A program made the translations under genes and the position numbers. This document shows positions 45,572 through 56,857 of a stretch of 64,000 bases of DNA, piece after piece; position 1 is the first letter of the stretch; every line of letters starts with the position of its first letter. This DNA is from an uncultured Thermoleophilia bacterium. GTDB taxonomy: Bacteria > Actinomycetota > Thermoleophilia > Gaiellales > Gaiellaceae. The DNA is taken from NCBI GenBank assembly GCA_963779535.1, contig CAVZYP010000004.1:207101-271100 (forward strand). Direction: 5' to 3'. A model generated the notes under the pieces. It made no database searches and was not told the DNA's origin. It was given only the letters and a program-made list of their open reading frames with translations.

Positions 45572-46319
45572 GCAGCTGCGGGAGCTCGTCGAGGCGTATC
45601 TCGCCGAGCTTGCGCTGACCCCGGAGCTCGGGACGCTCGAACCTGCGATGCGGCACGCACTCGGCGGCAAGCGCGTCCGCCCGGTGCTGTGCCTCGCCAC
45701 GGGAGATGCGGTCGGTGCGCGTGTCGAGGACCTGCTGCCCGCGGCCGCGGCCGTCGAGCTCGTGCACTCCTTCTCGCTCGTGCACGACGATCTGCCTGCG
45801 CTCGACGACGATCGCGAGCGCCGTGGCGCGCCGTCGGTGTGGGCGCAGCACGGCGAAGCGACCGCGATCCTCGCGGGCGACGCGCTGCTCGCCGAAGCAG
45901 TCCGGCTGGCGCTCTCGTATCCCACTCCGGCAATCGCACGCGAGCTGATCGATGCGACGCTCGCGATGATCGCGGGGCAGCAGATCGACCTGGAGGGCGG
46001 CGCACCGCTCGACCGGCTCCATGCGCTCAAGACCGGGGCACTCTTCTCCGCCTCCGTGATGTGCGGTCTCTGGGCGGCCGAGATCCCGGTCTCCGAGCAC
46101 GGACCGTGGCGCGCGTTTGCGGGCGAGCTCGGCCTGCTCTTCCAGATCGTCGACGACGTGCTCGACGGCGACGGTTACGTGCTGGAGGTGGGTGAAGAGC
46201 ACGCCCGCCGCCTCGCGGACGAGGCGGCGGAGCGGGCGTGTGCGGGGCTCGCCGACCTCGATGTGGACACGAGTGTCCTCGAGGCGATCGTTGGTGAGCT
46301 CGCCGTTCGAACAGCCTGA
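45555..46319 (+). CDS. Polyprenyl diphosphate synthase (IspA/FPP-GGPP synthase family, short)
   Basis: 254-aa ORF. GKRVRP, first Asp-rich motif LVHDDLPALDDD and second motif FQIVDDVLD. Confidence 0.82.
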   Translation: MQPRVEQLRELVEAYLAELALTPELGTLEPAMRHALGGKRVRPVLCLATGDAVGARVEDLLPAAAAVELVHSFSLVHDDLPALDDDRERRGAPSVWAQHGEATAILAGDALLAEAVRLALSYPTPAIARELIDATLAMIAGQQIDLEGGAPLDRLHALKTGALFSASVMCGLWAAEIPVSEHGPWRAFAGELGLLFQIVDDVLDGDGYVLEVGEEHARRLADEAAERACAGLADLDVDTSVLEAIVGELAVRTA

Positions 46320-46331
46320 GCGCAGGGCGTG

Positions 46332-46541
46332 CTACGCCGTCGTCGTGCGGCGCCAGACGCCTCGTCCGAGCGCGACGAGCGCGAGCACGATCAGGGTGAG
46401 AACACAGAGCATGAACCCGATCCAGCCGATGCCGCCGAGGATCCACCGGATTCCGTGCTCGTCGTTCCGGAACGGATAGCTGAGCGCGAGCAGGACGGCA
46501 CCTGATACGCCGACTCCGATCATTGCCTTGTAGAGCTTCAC
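46332..46541 (-). CDS. Small membrane protein (69 aa, two TM helices)
   Basis: GTG 46541 is preceded by AAGGAGG 5 nt upstream, a strong SD. It forms the tail of ORF 46332..47414; the rest of that ORF is antisense to the kinase gene. Confidence 0.55.
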   Translation of the reverse strand: MKLYKAMIGVGVSGAVLLALSYPFRNDEHGIRWILGGIGWIGFMLCVLTLIVLALVALGRGVWRRTTTA

Positions 46542-46611
46542 GAGAGCCTCCTTCTTGGATGACTGACCCGGACGACGGTAGGCGTGGCCGCGAACGGTGT
46601 CGTCGGCGTGC

Positions 46612-46642
46612 GGGTTGATCGTGGATCGACCTCGGGGTTGAT
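46612..46642 (+). repeat. Direct repeat GGGTTGAT x2 (starts 23 nt apart) in the divergent control region upstream of the two-component operon
   Basis: Copies at 46612-46619 and 46635-46642, read directly from the sequence. Confidence 0.3.
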
Positions 46643-46663
46643 GCCGTGAACCGCGCTCCGCGA

Positions 46664-46669
46664 TACCGT
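46664..46669 (+). promoter_or_regulatory. -10-like hexamer TACCGT, 7 nt before GTG 46677
   Basis: TANNNT plus short spacer. Confidence 0.4.
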
Positions 46670-46676
46670 CTGCGCG

Positions 46677-47798
46677 GTGAAGAAGATCGACATCGCGCTC
46701 GCAGTCGGCTTGACCGCGTGGATGGTGGCCGAGGTCTGGGCAGAGAACCTGCAGCCGGCGGGTGTGACGATCCCGCTGACGATCGTCGCCGGTGCGTCGC
46801 TCGCCTGGCGGCGGCTCTACCCGATCCCGGTCGCGCTCCTCGTCACTGCCGTATCGATCGCGGAGGCGGCGGCGGGCATGACGTTGCACAGCGCGGTGTC
46901 TCCGGTCGTGGCGCTGTTTCTCGTTTCGTGGTCGATCGGCGCGTACGAGGATCGGCGCCGCGCGATTCTCGGGCTGACGCTGCTCGTGTCCGGCGTCTGG
47001 GTCTCGATGGCCGTCGACATGCTTCGCGGGACCGACCACTACGTGGGGACCGATTTCCCGTGGATCGGAGCCCTCGTCCTGGCGCCCGGCGTGCTCGGCA
47101 TCGCGTTCGGAGCGCGCACGCGCAGTCTCCGGGCCGCGGAGGCTCGGACACAGCTGCTCGAGCTCGAGCGGCGCGAGGCGATCGCTTCGGAGCGCGCACG
47201 GATTGCGAGAGAGCTCCACGACGTGATCGCCCACTCGGTGTCGGTGATGACGGTTCAGGCGGGAGCGGCGGAAGAGATGTTGAAGACCGACCCGGCGCGT
47301 GCCTTCGAACCGGTGCGCGCGATCCAGGACACCGGGCGCGGCGCACTCGTGGAGATGAAACGTCTGGTGGGCGTCCTCCGCGATGATGACGAGGACGTCG
47401 GGCTCGCGCCCCAACCGGGTCTCGGGGACGTCGAGCGTCTCCTCGAACAGATGCGCAACGCGGGCCTACGGGTCGACTTGCGAATCGAAGGGGCCGAGCG
47501 ACCCGTGCCGCCGGGCGTGGATCTCTCCGCCTATCGCGTCATCCAGGAGGCGCTGACGAACACCTTGAAGCACACAGGCGGCGCACCTGCGATCGTCGTC
47601 GTGCGCTTCGGCGACGATGCTCTGGAGGTCGAGGTGACGGATGCAGGCAGCGCTGCTCCTGCACGCAGGGACAGCGGCCACGGGCTCGTCGGCATGCGCG
47701 AACGGGTGGGGATCTTCGGCGGCACGTTCGACGCAGGGCCTGGCGCTGCCGGCGGATTCGTCGTGCGAGCGCTCCTACCTCTCGACGTGTCCGCATGA
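46677..47798 (+). CDS. Sensor histidine kinase (HisKA_3 / NarL-partner class)
   Basis: 373-aa ORF with several N-terminal TM helices. H-box ARELHDVIAHSV, N-box EALTNTLKH and G-box GHGLVGMRER. Confidence 0.88.
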   Translation: MKKIDIALAVGLTAWMVAEVWAENLQPAGVTIPLTIVAGASLAWRRLYPIPVALLVTAVSIAEAAAGMTLHSAVSPVVALFLVSWSIGAYEDRRRAILGLTLLVSGVWVSMAVDMLRGTDHYVGTDFPWIGALVLAPGVLGIAFGARTRSLRAAEARTQLLELERREAIASERARIARELHDVIAHSVSVMTVQAGAAEEMLKTDPARAFEPVRAIQDTGRGALVEMKRLVGVLRDDDEDVGLAPQPGLGDVERLLEQMRNAGLRVDLRIEGAERPVPPGVDLSAYRVIQEALTNTLKHTGGAPAIVVVRFGDDALEVEVTDAGSAAPARRDSGHGLVGMRERVGIFGGTFDAGPGAAGGFVVRALLPLDVSA

Positions 47799-48451
47799 CA
47801 TCCGTCCTGCTCGCCGACGACCAGGCGCTCGTCCGCGGCGGCTTTCGGATGATCCTGGAGGCCCAGGAAGGTCTGGAGGTGATCGCCGAGGCCGAGGACG
47901 GACGAGCCGCCGTCGAACGCTCGCGCCAGCTCAGGCCCGACGTGATCCTGATGGACGTACGCATGCCCGGCCTGGACGGGATCGAGGCGACGAAGATCGT
48001 CGTCGAAGAGGGTCTGGCGGGCCACGTGCTCGTGCTGACGACGTTCGATGAGGACCGGATCGTCTACGACGCACTGAGGGCGGGAGCAAGCGGCTTCCTG
48101 CTCAAGACCGTTCCACCGGCACAGCTCGTCGAGGCAGTGCGAATCGTGGCGGCGGGTGAGGCGCTCCTCGCGCCCGCGGTGACCCGGCGCTTGATCGAGG
48201 ACTTCGTGAGGCGGCCGCCGCCCGGCGGCGGCGTGCCTGAACGCCTGGCCGCCTTGACCGACCGCGAGCGAGAGGTTCTCGCACTGATCGCGCGGGGCCT
48301 CACGAACAGCGAGATCGCGGCAAGGCTCTACGTGAGCGGAGCCACGGTCAAGACGCACGTGAACCGGATCCTGTCGAAGCTCGACGTTCGCGATCGCGTA
48401 CAGGCCGTCGTGCTCGCCTACGAGACCGGCCTCGTGACTCCCGGCGACTAG
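47795..48451 (+). CDS. Response regulator, NarL/LuxR family
   Basis: 218-aa ORF with ATGA overlap with the kinase. Receiver motifs ADDQ...MDVRMPGLDG...K. HTH LTDREREVLALIARGLTNSEIAARLYVSGATVKTHV. Confidence 0.92.
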   Translation: MTSVLLADDQALVRGGFRMILEAQEGLEVIAEAEDGRAAVERSRQLRPDVILMDVRMPGLDGIEATKIVVEEGLAGHVLVLTTFDEDRIVYDALRAGASGFLLKTVPPAQLVEAVRIVAAGEALLAPAVTRRLIEDFVRRPPPGGGVPERLAALTDREREVLALIARGLTNSEIAARLYVSGATVKTHVNRILSKLDVRDRVQAVVLAYETGLVTPGD

Positions 48452-48454
48452 GCT
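48449..48454 (+). promoter_or_regulatory. -10-like hexamer TAGGCT (includes the regulator TAG stop), 8 nt before ATG 48463
   Basis: Stop-in-hexamer layout. Confidence 0.4.
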
Positions 48455-48462
48455 CCGCGCCG

Positions 48463-49665
48463 ATGATCCGCGACCGTTCGATCGTCGCTCTGCTCAGCGC
48501 CGAGCTGATCTCCCGTTTCGGGTCGCAGCTGACGTACCTCGCCCTGCCGTGGTTCGTGCTCGTCACCACGGGCTCGCCGACCAAGATGGGGCTCGTGTTC
48601 GCCGTCGAGCTGGCGCCGATGGCGTTGCTCGGCATCCCCGCCGGCTCGGTCGTCCAACGGCTCGGGCCCAAGACCTCGATGCTCGTGGCGGACGGCGCCC
48701 GCGCGCCGATCGTCGCGATCGTGCCGTTCCTGAACATCGTCGGCGGTCTGACCTTCGGCGTGATCCTCGTGGTCGCGGCGCTGCTCGGCACGTTCTCGTG
48801 CGCCTACTTCACCTGCCAGCGGCTGATCCTTCCCGCCGTCGTCGGTGAAGGCGAGCAGCAGCTCGCCCAGGCGAACAGTCTCGTCGAGGGCGCTGGAAAC
48901 ATCACCAATCTGCTCGGCCCTGCGCTCGCCGGGGTGCTCATCGCGTTGCTCGGCGCAGCGAACGTGATGTGGCTCGATGCGGCGTCGTTCCTGATCGCGT
49001 TCGTCATCATCGGGCTCTTCGTCCGGGTCGGGAGCACTGTGCACGAGGACGACGCCGACTCCGGCGGGGTCTGGGCCGGCCTCTCGTACCTGCGCCGCGA
49101 TGTCCTGCTCGCCCGCGTCTCACTCTCGAGCCTGACCTTCGGGTTCCTCTTCCCGATGCTCGGCGCGTCGTTGCCGGTGCTCGCCTACCAGCAGTACGAT
49201 CACAATCCGCGCGTCGCAGGCCTCCTCTTTGCAGTGATCGGCGGCGGCCAGGTCGTGGGCTCTCTCCTCGCGTTTCGGCTCGTCACCAAGGTTCCAGGGA
49301 TGCGCCTGGCCGCGATCGCAGCGTTCTTCACCGCGGCGCCTCTCTGGCTGCTCGTCCCGCACGCGTCGCTCGGCGTAGCAGCGGTCGCGCTTGGGATCTG
49401 CGGCGCGTCGATTCCCTTGATCAACGCGCCATATCTCGGGATGCTCTCGGTGCGGGTGCCGCGCGCGCTGCGCGGCAAGGTGCTGCAGTCCCTGATCACG
49501 ATCAACCAGCTCGCAGGGCCGCTCGGCTACCTGATCGCCGGCACGCTCTTCGTCGCAATCGGCCTGCACGCCACGTACGCGCTGATCGCGGTCCTCGCGA
49601 CGCTTGCAAGCCTCAACTTCATCGTCGTCGCACCGAGGTTCACTCTTGCCCAAGAAACGGCTTGA
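48463..49665 (+). CDS. MFS transporter
   Basis: 400-aa ORF with about 12 hydrophobic segments. N-terminal pattern LLSAELISRFGSQLTYLALPWFVL is typical of the EntS/MFS_3 type. Confidence 0.8.
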   Translation: MIRDRSIVALLSAELISRFGSQLTYLALPWFVLVTTGSPTKMGLVFAVELAPMALLGIPAGSVVQRLGPKTSMLVADGARAPIVAIVPFLNIVGGLTFGVILVVAALLGTFSCAYFTCQRLILPAVVGEGEQQLAQANSLVEGAGNITNLLGPALAGVLIALLGAANVMWLDAASFLIAFVIIGLFVRVGSTVHEDDADSGGVWAGLSYLRRDVLLARVSLSSLTFGFLFPMLGASLPVLAYQQYDHNPRVAGLLFAVIGGGQVVGSLLAFRLVTKVPGMRLAAIAAFFTAAPLWLLVPHASLGVAAVALGICGASIPLINAPYLGMLSVRVPRALRGKVLQSLITINQLAGPLGYLIAGTLFVAIGLHATYALIAVLATLASLNFIVVAPRFTLAQETA

Positions 49666-50410
49666 CCTGTTGCTGGTCGAACGTGGCCTCGCGGAGTCGC
49701 GGGCGCAGGCCCAGGCACTCGTGATGGCGGGCCGCGTTCCGGGGCATGCCAAGGCCGGGGAGCAGGTCGACGAAGACGCACCCCTCGAGGTGCTCGAACC
49801 ACCGCCGTACGTCTCTCGTGCGGGGCATAAGCTCGCCAACGCCCTCGACGCCTTCGAGATCGACGTTGCGGGCCTCGACGCACTCGACGTCGGCGCGTCC
49901 ACGGGTGGATTCACCGATGTGCTGCTGCAACGCGGAGCGGCGCGGGTGATCGCTCTCGACGTGGGCTACGGACAACTGCACGACAAGATCCGGCACGACG
50001 AGCGGGTGACCGTCCTCGAGCGTGTCAACGCCCGCTCGCTGACCGAGTTGCCGTTCGAACCGCAGATCGTCACGTGCGACGTGTCGTTCATCTCCGTGAA
50101 GCTCGCGCTTCCCCCGGCACTGCGGCTCGCGGCGCCGGGGTGGCAGGCGCTCGTGCTCGTCAAGCCGCAGTTCGAAGCGGGCCGGGCCGAGACGCCCAAG
50201 GGCGTCGTGCGCGACCTCGAGGTGCGACGGCGCGTCGTGCGCGAGGTGGCCGAGACCCTGCTCGCAGCCGGAGGAGAGCCGCGCGGAGTCATAGACTCGG
50301 GTCTGCCCGGCCCGAAGGGAAACCATGAGTTCGTCCTCCACCTCGTCCAGCGCGAACGTGCAGAGCGCCCAGCCCGGCTCGACCGGTGGATCGACGATGC
50401 CGTCGGTTAG
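49646..50410 (+). CDS. tlyA: TlyA family rRNA (cytidine-2'-O)-methyltransferase
   Basis: ORF 49604..50410. S4-like KKRLDLLLVERGLAESRAQAQALV, SAM motif LDVGASTGGFTD and DVSFIS. Start uncertain: TTG 49646 chosen. Confidence 0.85.
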   Translation: MPKKRLDLLLVERGLAESRAQAQALVMAGRVPGHAKAGEQVDEDAPLEVLEPPPYVSRAGHKLANALDAFEIDVAGLDALDVGASTGGFTDVLLQRGAARVIALDVGYGQLHDKIRHDERVTVLERVNARSLTELPFEPQIVTCDVSFISVKLALPPALRLAAPGWQALVLVKPQFEAGRAETPKGVVRDLEVRRRVVREVAETLLAAGGEPRGVIDSGLPGPKGNHEFVLHLVQRERAERPARLDRWIDDAVG

Positions 50411-51176
50411 GCGCGCGACGGTCGTCACGATCGAGCGTGACGGCGTCGGCGACGCCCTCGAACGGCTTCAGGCGGTCGCGAAACGGTGTGGAGTGGAGCT
50501 GGTCGACAGCAACGACGCGGACATCGCGATCGTGCTCGGCGGCGACGGCACGATGCTGCGCGCGCTGGCGCGCTTCCTCGGCTCGAACGTGCCGGTGATC
50601 GGCGTCAACTACGGCCGCGTCGGCTTCCTGACGGCGATCGCTGGAGCCGAGCTCGACGCGGCGATGGCCCGGGTGTTCGCGGGCGACTACCGAACCGTCG
50701 AGCTCGCGACGCTGGAGGTGACGGTCGCCGGCGAGACGAGCGTGGCGATCAACGATGTGGTGGTCGCGGGCGGAACGCTCGGGCGCATGATCGAAGTCGG
50801 GTATTCGATCGGCGGCGAGGAGCTCGGCTCGCAGCCGTGTGACGGTCTGATCTGCGCGACGCCGGCAGGCTCGACCGCCTACAACCTCTCGAACGGCGGG
50901 CCGGTGCTCGTGTGGGGGATCGACGCGATGGTGCTCACGTTCGTCGCCCCGCATGCGCTCGTCATCCGGCCGCTCGTCGTGCCGCGCGGCCCGGAGGTGA
51001 CGATCACGAACCTGACACCCAGCCTCGAGACGACCGTGCTCGTCGACGGGCAGGAGGTCGGAAAGCTCGCCACCGGCGCAGAGGCCGTCGTGCGAGTCGG
51101 CAGCCGGCCGAGTCTCCTCGCGACCCTGCCCGAGGTGACCTTCTTCCGCCGGTACGCCTCCACCTTCGGGCGATAG
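50397..51176 (+). CDS. nadK: NAD kinase
   Basis: ATG 50397 within ORF 50325..51176. Motifs GGDGTMLRA, GVNYGRVGFL and TPAGSTAYNLSNGGP. Confidence 0.9.
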   Translation: MPSVRRATVVTIERDGVGDALERLQAVAKRCGVELVDSNDADIAIVLGGDGTMLRALARFLGSNVPVIGVNYGRVGFLTAIAGAELDAAMARVFAGDYRTVELATLEVTVAGETSVAINDVVVAGGTLGRMIEVGYSIGGEELGSQPCDGLICATPAGSTAYNLSNGGPVLVWGIDAMVLTFVAPHALVIRPLVVPRGPEVTITNLTPSLETTVLVDGQEVGKLATGAEAVVRVGSRPSLLATLPEVTFFRRYASTFGR

Positions 51177-51197
51177 GAGGGCGACAGGCGCACTCCG

Positions 51198-51203
51198 TAC
51201 GAT
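51198..51203 (+). promoter_or_regulatory. -10-like hexamer TACGAT, 6 nt before GTG 51210
   Basis: TANNNT plus short spacer. Confidence 0.45.
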
Positions 51204-51209
51204 GGCGGG

Positions 51210-52820
51210 GTGCTGCTTCGGCTGCGGATCTCGAACCTCGTGCTCATCCGGGAGGCCGAGCTGCGGCTCGCTGCCGGCCTGAACGCGATCACCGGCGAGA
51301 CCGGCGCCGGCAAGACGATCCTCACGAATGCGATCGGCCTCCTGCTCGGCTCGCGCGGCGACGCGGCGCTGATCGGCGCCGCGGGCGAGGAGGCGTACGT
51401 GGAGGCCGAGTTCGACGACGTGGACGACGAGACGCTGGGCCGACTCGCGGAGCTGCGGCCGGACGGAGAGGACGGTCTCGTCCTGGCGCGCCGGATCTTC
51501 GCCGACGGGCGCACGCGGGCCTACGCGTGGGGGCGTAGCGCCGCTCGCGAAGACGTCGCCGCGGCAGCCGAGGCGCTGATCGCGATGAGCGGCCAGTTCG
51601 AACAGCGGCGCCTCGCGCGGCCCGCCTACCAGCGGAGCGTGCTCGACGCATTCGCAGGGCTGGACACGCGGACAGCCGCGCGCTCCTGGCGTGAGCTGGG
51701 AGCTGCCCGGCGCAGCTACGACGAGCTGACCCGCGATGCGGCCGGGGCGCAGGCGCGGCTCGACGAGCTGCGGCTGATTGCCGACGACACAGCCGGTCTC
51801 GCACCGGGCCGTGAGGACGAGCTGCGCGCAGAACGGGAGCGGCTGTTGCACCTCTCGGAGCTCGCAGAGGGCGTTTCGAACGCGGCGACGGCCCTCTCGC
51901 CGGACGAGGGCGAGGGCGCGACGGACTTCGTCGCGCTGGCCGAGCGCTCCGTCGCACCCATGGAGCGGCTCGCGCCGGAGCTGCAGGCCGCCGGGGAGGC
52001 GCTGCGCCAGGCCGGCCTGCAGCTGCGTGAGACCGCATCGGATCTGCACGCATTCCTCGCCTCGCTCGAGGCGGAGCCCGGCCGGCTCGAGGAGCTCGAA
52101 GAAGAGCTCGAGACCTTCTCCGACCTGAAGCGGCGCCACCGGGCCCAGACGTTCGCCGAGCTGCTGGAGCGCGGGGAGGCCGCGCGGCACGAGCTCGAGC
52201 TGGTTGCCGATGGGCACGACCCCGTCCAGGCGGCGGCCGCGGCGCTGGCCGTGGCGCAGGCGGAGGTCGACCGCCTGCACGCGGAGCTGCGGGCGGCTCG
52301 CGGCCGGGCGGCGGATCCCTTCGCGGCGGCCGTGGCAGCCGAGCTGCAGGCGATCGGCCTCGGCGACGGTGAGTTCCGTGTCGTGCTGAGTGAGCGCGAT
52401 CCCGGTGCGTCCGGTGCCGACGACGTCGCGTTCCTGATCCGGCCGAACGCCGGGTTGCCGTTCGGGCCCGTCGCCGAGACCGCCTCGGGCGGCGAGCTCT
52501 CGCGCGTCGCACTGGCGATCGCGGCGGTCGCGGGGGGCGAGACGATGGTGTTCGACGAGATCGACGCCGGCCTCGGCGGCACCACCGCGCACGCGGTCGC
52601 GGAGACGCTGCGCCGCCTCGCGGGCCGCGCCCAGGTGCTCACGATCACCCACCTGCCCCAGATCGCGACGGTTGCCGACCGTCACTTCTCGGTGGAGAAG
52701 ATCCAGGGCGATCCGACCCACACGCGGATCGAGCCGCTCGACGACGCCCAGCGCCGTGACGAGGTCGAGCGGATGCTCGGCGGCGCAGACTTCCTCGCCA
52801 CGATCGACCGTGGTGCCTGA
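51210..52820 (+). CDS. recN: DNA repair protein RecN
   Basis: 536-aa ORF. Walker A GETGAGKT, long coiled coil, signature SGGELSR and Walker B MVFDEIDAG. Confidence 0.93.
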   Translation: MLLRLRISNLVLIREAELRLAAGLNAITGETGAGKTILTNAIGLLLGSRGDAALIGAAGEEAYVEAEFDDVDDETLGRLAELRPDGEDGLVLARRIFADGRTRAYAWGRSAAREDVAAAAEALIAMSGQFEQRRLARPAYQRSVLDAFAGLDTRTAARSWRELGAARRSYDELTRDAAGAQARLDELRLIADDTAGLAPGREDELRAERERLLHLSELAEGVSNAATALSPDEGEGATDFVALAERSVAPMERLAPELQAAGEALRQAGLQLRETASDLHAFLASLEAEPGRLEELEEELETFSDLKRRHRAQTFAELLERGEAARHELELVADGHDPVQAAAAALAVAQAEVDRLHAELRAARGRAADPFAAAVAAELQAIGLGDGEFRVVLSERDPGASGADDVAFLIRPNAGLPFGPVAETASGGELSRVALAIAAVAGGETMVFDEIDAGLGGTTAHAVAETLRRLAGRAQVLTITHLPQIATVADRHFSVEKIQGDPTHTRIEPLDDAQRRDEVERMLGGADFLATIDRGA

Positions 52821-52826
52821 CGGCCG

Positions 52827-53219
52827 GTGAGCACGGCCGGCCGGGAGCTGCTCGCCCCGCGGGAGGACGTCTGGAAGTTCCTCGCCGAGCCGTATCACCT
52901 CCCGGACTGGTGGCCCGGCATCACGGGCGTCGACCCGGACCGGCGCGGGTTCGCGCCCGGAGCCCGCTGGACGGTGCAGGCGTCCAAGCACAACGTCTTC
53001 ATCGGGCGCAGGCGGGTCGAGACGATGCTGCTCGTCCGCGAGATCGACCTCTACGAGCGCTGGACCTGGCACCTGCTCGAGCCCGCCACCGATACCGAGA
53101 TCCGGCTTCGTGCCACTGCCCCCGACCGCACCCTGGTCACGGTCACGACGTCGAGCCGGGTCGCCCGCGCCGCCGTGCAGCGCCTCTACGACCTCGTCCA
53201 GACAGCCGCCCGGCTTTAG
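52827..53219 (+). CDS. SRPBCC (START/polyketide-cyclase-like) family protein
   Basis: 130-aa ORF. VWKFLAEPYHLPDWWPG is typical of the SRPBCC N-terminus. Confidence 0.6.
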   Translation: MSTAGRELLAPREDVWKFLAEPYHLPDWWPGITGVDPDRRGFAPGARWTVQASKHNVFIGRRRVETMLLVREIDLYERWTWHLLEPATDTEIRLRATAPDRTLVTVTTSSRVARAAVQRLYDLVQTAARL

Positions 53220-53285
53220 ATGGCCGCGACCAGCCAGCCGACGGTCCGCCTAGGATCCCGCAGGTGATCGAGGCGGGCGCACTGG

Positions 53286-53291
53286 TAGGAT
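53286..53291 (+). promoter_or_regulatory. -10-like hexamer TAGGAT, 8 nt before GTG 53300 and 38 nt before the pyrG GTG 53330
   Basis: Preceded by TGG (extended -10-like). See the pyrG mini-ORF finding. Confidence 0.4.
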
Positions 53292-53329
53292 GGAGTTCCG
53301 TGAAGCTGTTCACGGAGAGACGCGCGTAG

Positions 53330-54958
<1,629 letters not shown>

Positions 54959-54968
54959 TCTCCCCTCG

Positions 54969-56081
54969 GTGCCGCCGGACGTCCTCGACCTGTTCGCGGA
55001 GCTCGCCGCGGTCGCGAGCCCGCCCGGCGCTGAGCGTGCGGTCGCGGATCTCGTGATCCGGTATCTGCGCGACTGCGGTCTCGACGTCGACGAGGACGGC
55101 TGCGGCCCGGGAATCGGCTCGACGATCGGCAACCTGTACTCGCGGATCGAGCCGACCGCGCCCGGCGAGCCTCTCCTGCTCTGCGCCCACCTCGATACGG
55201 TGCCGCCGACTGCCGCGATCGAGCCCGTGGTCGAGGACGGAATCGTTCGGAACGCCGCCGGCACGATCCTCGGCGCCGACAACAAGGCTGCCGTCGCCGC
55301 CATGCTCGAGGCGATCCGGCTGATCCTCGCCGAGCGCCGCCCGCACGCCGGCATCGAGCTGCTGTTCACACCCAAGGAAGAGGTCGGGCTCGTCGGCGCG
55401 TACGCCTTCGACCACACCCGGCTGCGTGCGCGCACCGGGTACGTCTACGACCAGGCCGCCCCGATCGGAGTGGTGATCCTCGGTGCGCCGTACTCGCAGT
55501 CGCTGGAGGTCACCTTCCACGGGCGCGCCGCGCACTCGGGGATGCATCCCGAGGACGGTCGCTCGGCGATCGCCGCTGCGGCTCGTGCGATCTCCGAGTT
55601 CCGGCTCGGGCGCGTCGACGACGACTCGACCGCCAACGTCGGCACGATCTCGGGCGGCACCGCGACGAACATCGTCCCGGAGTGGTGCACCTTCGTCGCC
55701 GAGGCGCGCTCGCAGGACGAACGAAAGCTGGCCGATCTGATCCAGGAGATGCAGGACGCGATCACGTTCGCGGCCGGCGTCGCCGACTGCGACGTCGAGA
55801 CGAAGGCCCGCAAGAGCTACCGCGGCTATCGCTTCGCGAAGTCCGACCGTGCCGTCGCGCTTGCGGCGACGGCGCTGGCGGGGCGCGGGCACGCCGTCAC
55901 GTACGAGCTCTCCGGCGGCGCCGCGGATGCGAACGTCTTCAACGAGCGCGGACTCGAGGTCGTGAACCTCGCGAACGGGATGGCCGACATCCACACCCCG
56001 GCCGAGCACATCTCGGTCGCCGATCTCGAGGCGATGGTCGACGTGACATTCGCGTTGGTCGAATCCGCGCTCGCAGCGTGA
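54969..56081 (+). CDS. M20 family metallopeptidase (peptidase T / tripeptidase-like)
   Basis: 370-aa ORF. Motifs LLCAHLDTV, GADNKAAVA, FTPKEEVGL and GRAAHSG. Confidence 0.82.
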   Translation: MPPDVLDLFAELAAVASPPGAERAVADLVIRYLRDCGLDVDEDGCGPGIGSTIGNLYSRIEPTAPGEPLLLCAHLDTVPPTAAIEPVVEDGIVRNAAGTILGADNKAAVAAMLEAIRLILAERRPHAGIELLFTPKEEVGLVGAYAFDHTRLRARTGYVYDQAAPIGVVILGAPYSQSLEVTFHGRAAHSGMHPEDGRSAIAAAARAISEFRLGRVDDDSTANVGTISGGTATNIVPEWCTFVAEARSQDERKLADLIQEMQDAITFAAGVADCDVETKARKSYRGYRFAKSDRAVALAATALAGRGHAVTYELSGGAADANVFNERGLEVVNLANGMADIHTPAEHISVADLEAMVDVTFALVESALAA

Positions 56082-56857
56082 TGGAGGAGCGCCGCCTCGG
56101 GCCCGTCGTCGGACTCGGCACCTGGAACACGTTCGACGCCGATGAGCGACTCGCACGTTCCGTCGTCGACTCGGCCCTCGCGAGCGGCGTGAGATTCTTC
56201 GACACCTCGCCGATGTACCGGGGGGCCGAGGCGGCCCTCGCTGTCGCCCTCGCGGACCGTCGCGACGAGGCGATCGTCGCGACGAAGATCTGGGCCACGA
56301 CGGTTGCGGAGGGTCGCGAGCAGCTCGCGCGCCAGCTCGAGTGGTACGGCGGCCGTGTCGACGTCGAGCAGGTGCACAACCTCGTCCTCTGGCGCGAGCA
56401 GCTCGAGTGGCTCGAGGCCGAGCGCGACGAGGGCCGCATCGTCCGCCTCGGCGTCACGCACTATCAGGCAGCCGCCGCCGGGGCGCTGGCCGACGCGCTG
56501 CGCACGAAGCGATTCGACGTTCTGCAGGTGCCGTACAGCCCGTGGGAACGCGAGTGCGAGCATGAGCTGCTCCCGCTCGCGTCCGAGCTCGGGGTTGCGG
56601 TGATCGCGATGCGGCCCCTGGGCGGCTCCGGCGAAGACCGGCGGCGGCGCGTCGAGCTGACGGAAGCTCAGCGTGAGGAGCTCGCTGTCGAGACCTGGGC
56701 CGAGGCGCTGCTGCGCTGGGCACTCGCAGATCCGCGGATCGACTCCGTCATTCCCGCCACCTCGAATCCCGCCCGCGCGACCGAGAACGCGCGGGCCGGT
56801 CACGGAGCGCGGTTCACGGCCGACCAGCGTGCACTCGTGGAGCAGCTCGCTCAGTAG
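56081..56857 (+). CDS. Aldo/keto reductase
   Basis: ATG 56081 shares one base with the M20 stop (TGATG). Motifs GLGTW, FFDTSPMYRG, KIW and LQVPYS. Last 258 codons of ORF 55682..56857. Confidence 0.8.
   Translation: MEERRLGPVVGLGTWNTFDADERLARSVVDSALASGVRFFDTSPMYRGAEAALAVALADRRDEAIVATKIWATTVAEGREQLARQLEWYGGRVDVEQVHNLVLWREQLEWLEAERDEGRIVRLGVTHYQAAAAGALADALRTKRFDVLQVPYSPWERECEHELLPLASELGVAVIAMRPLGGSGEDRRRRVELTEAQREELAVETWAEALLRWALADPRIDSVIPATSNPARATENARAGHGARFTADQRALVEQLAQ

Noticed and set aside
50289-53072. 927-aa minus-strand ORF, the longest in this part of the track
   Set aside because: It is antisense to nadK and recN, whose plus-strand translations carry clear family motifs. Its own translation is Arg/Gly/Ala/Pro-rich low-complexity sequence, typical of stop-poor antisense frames in GC-rich DNA.
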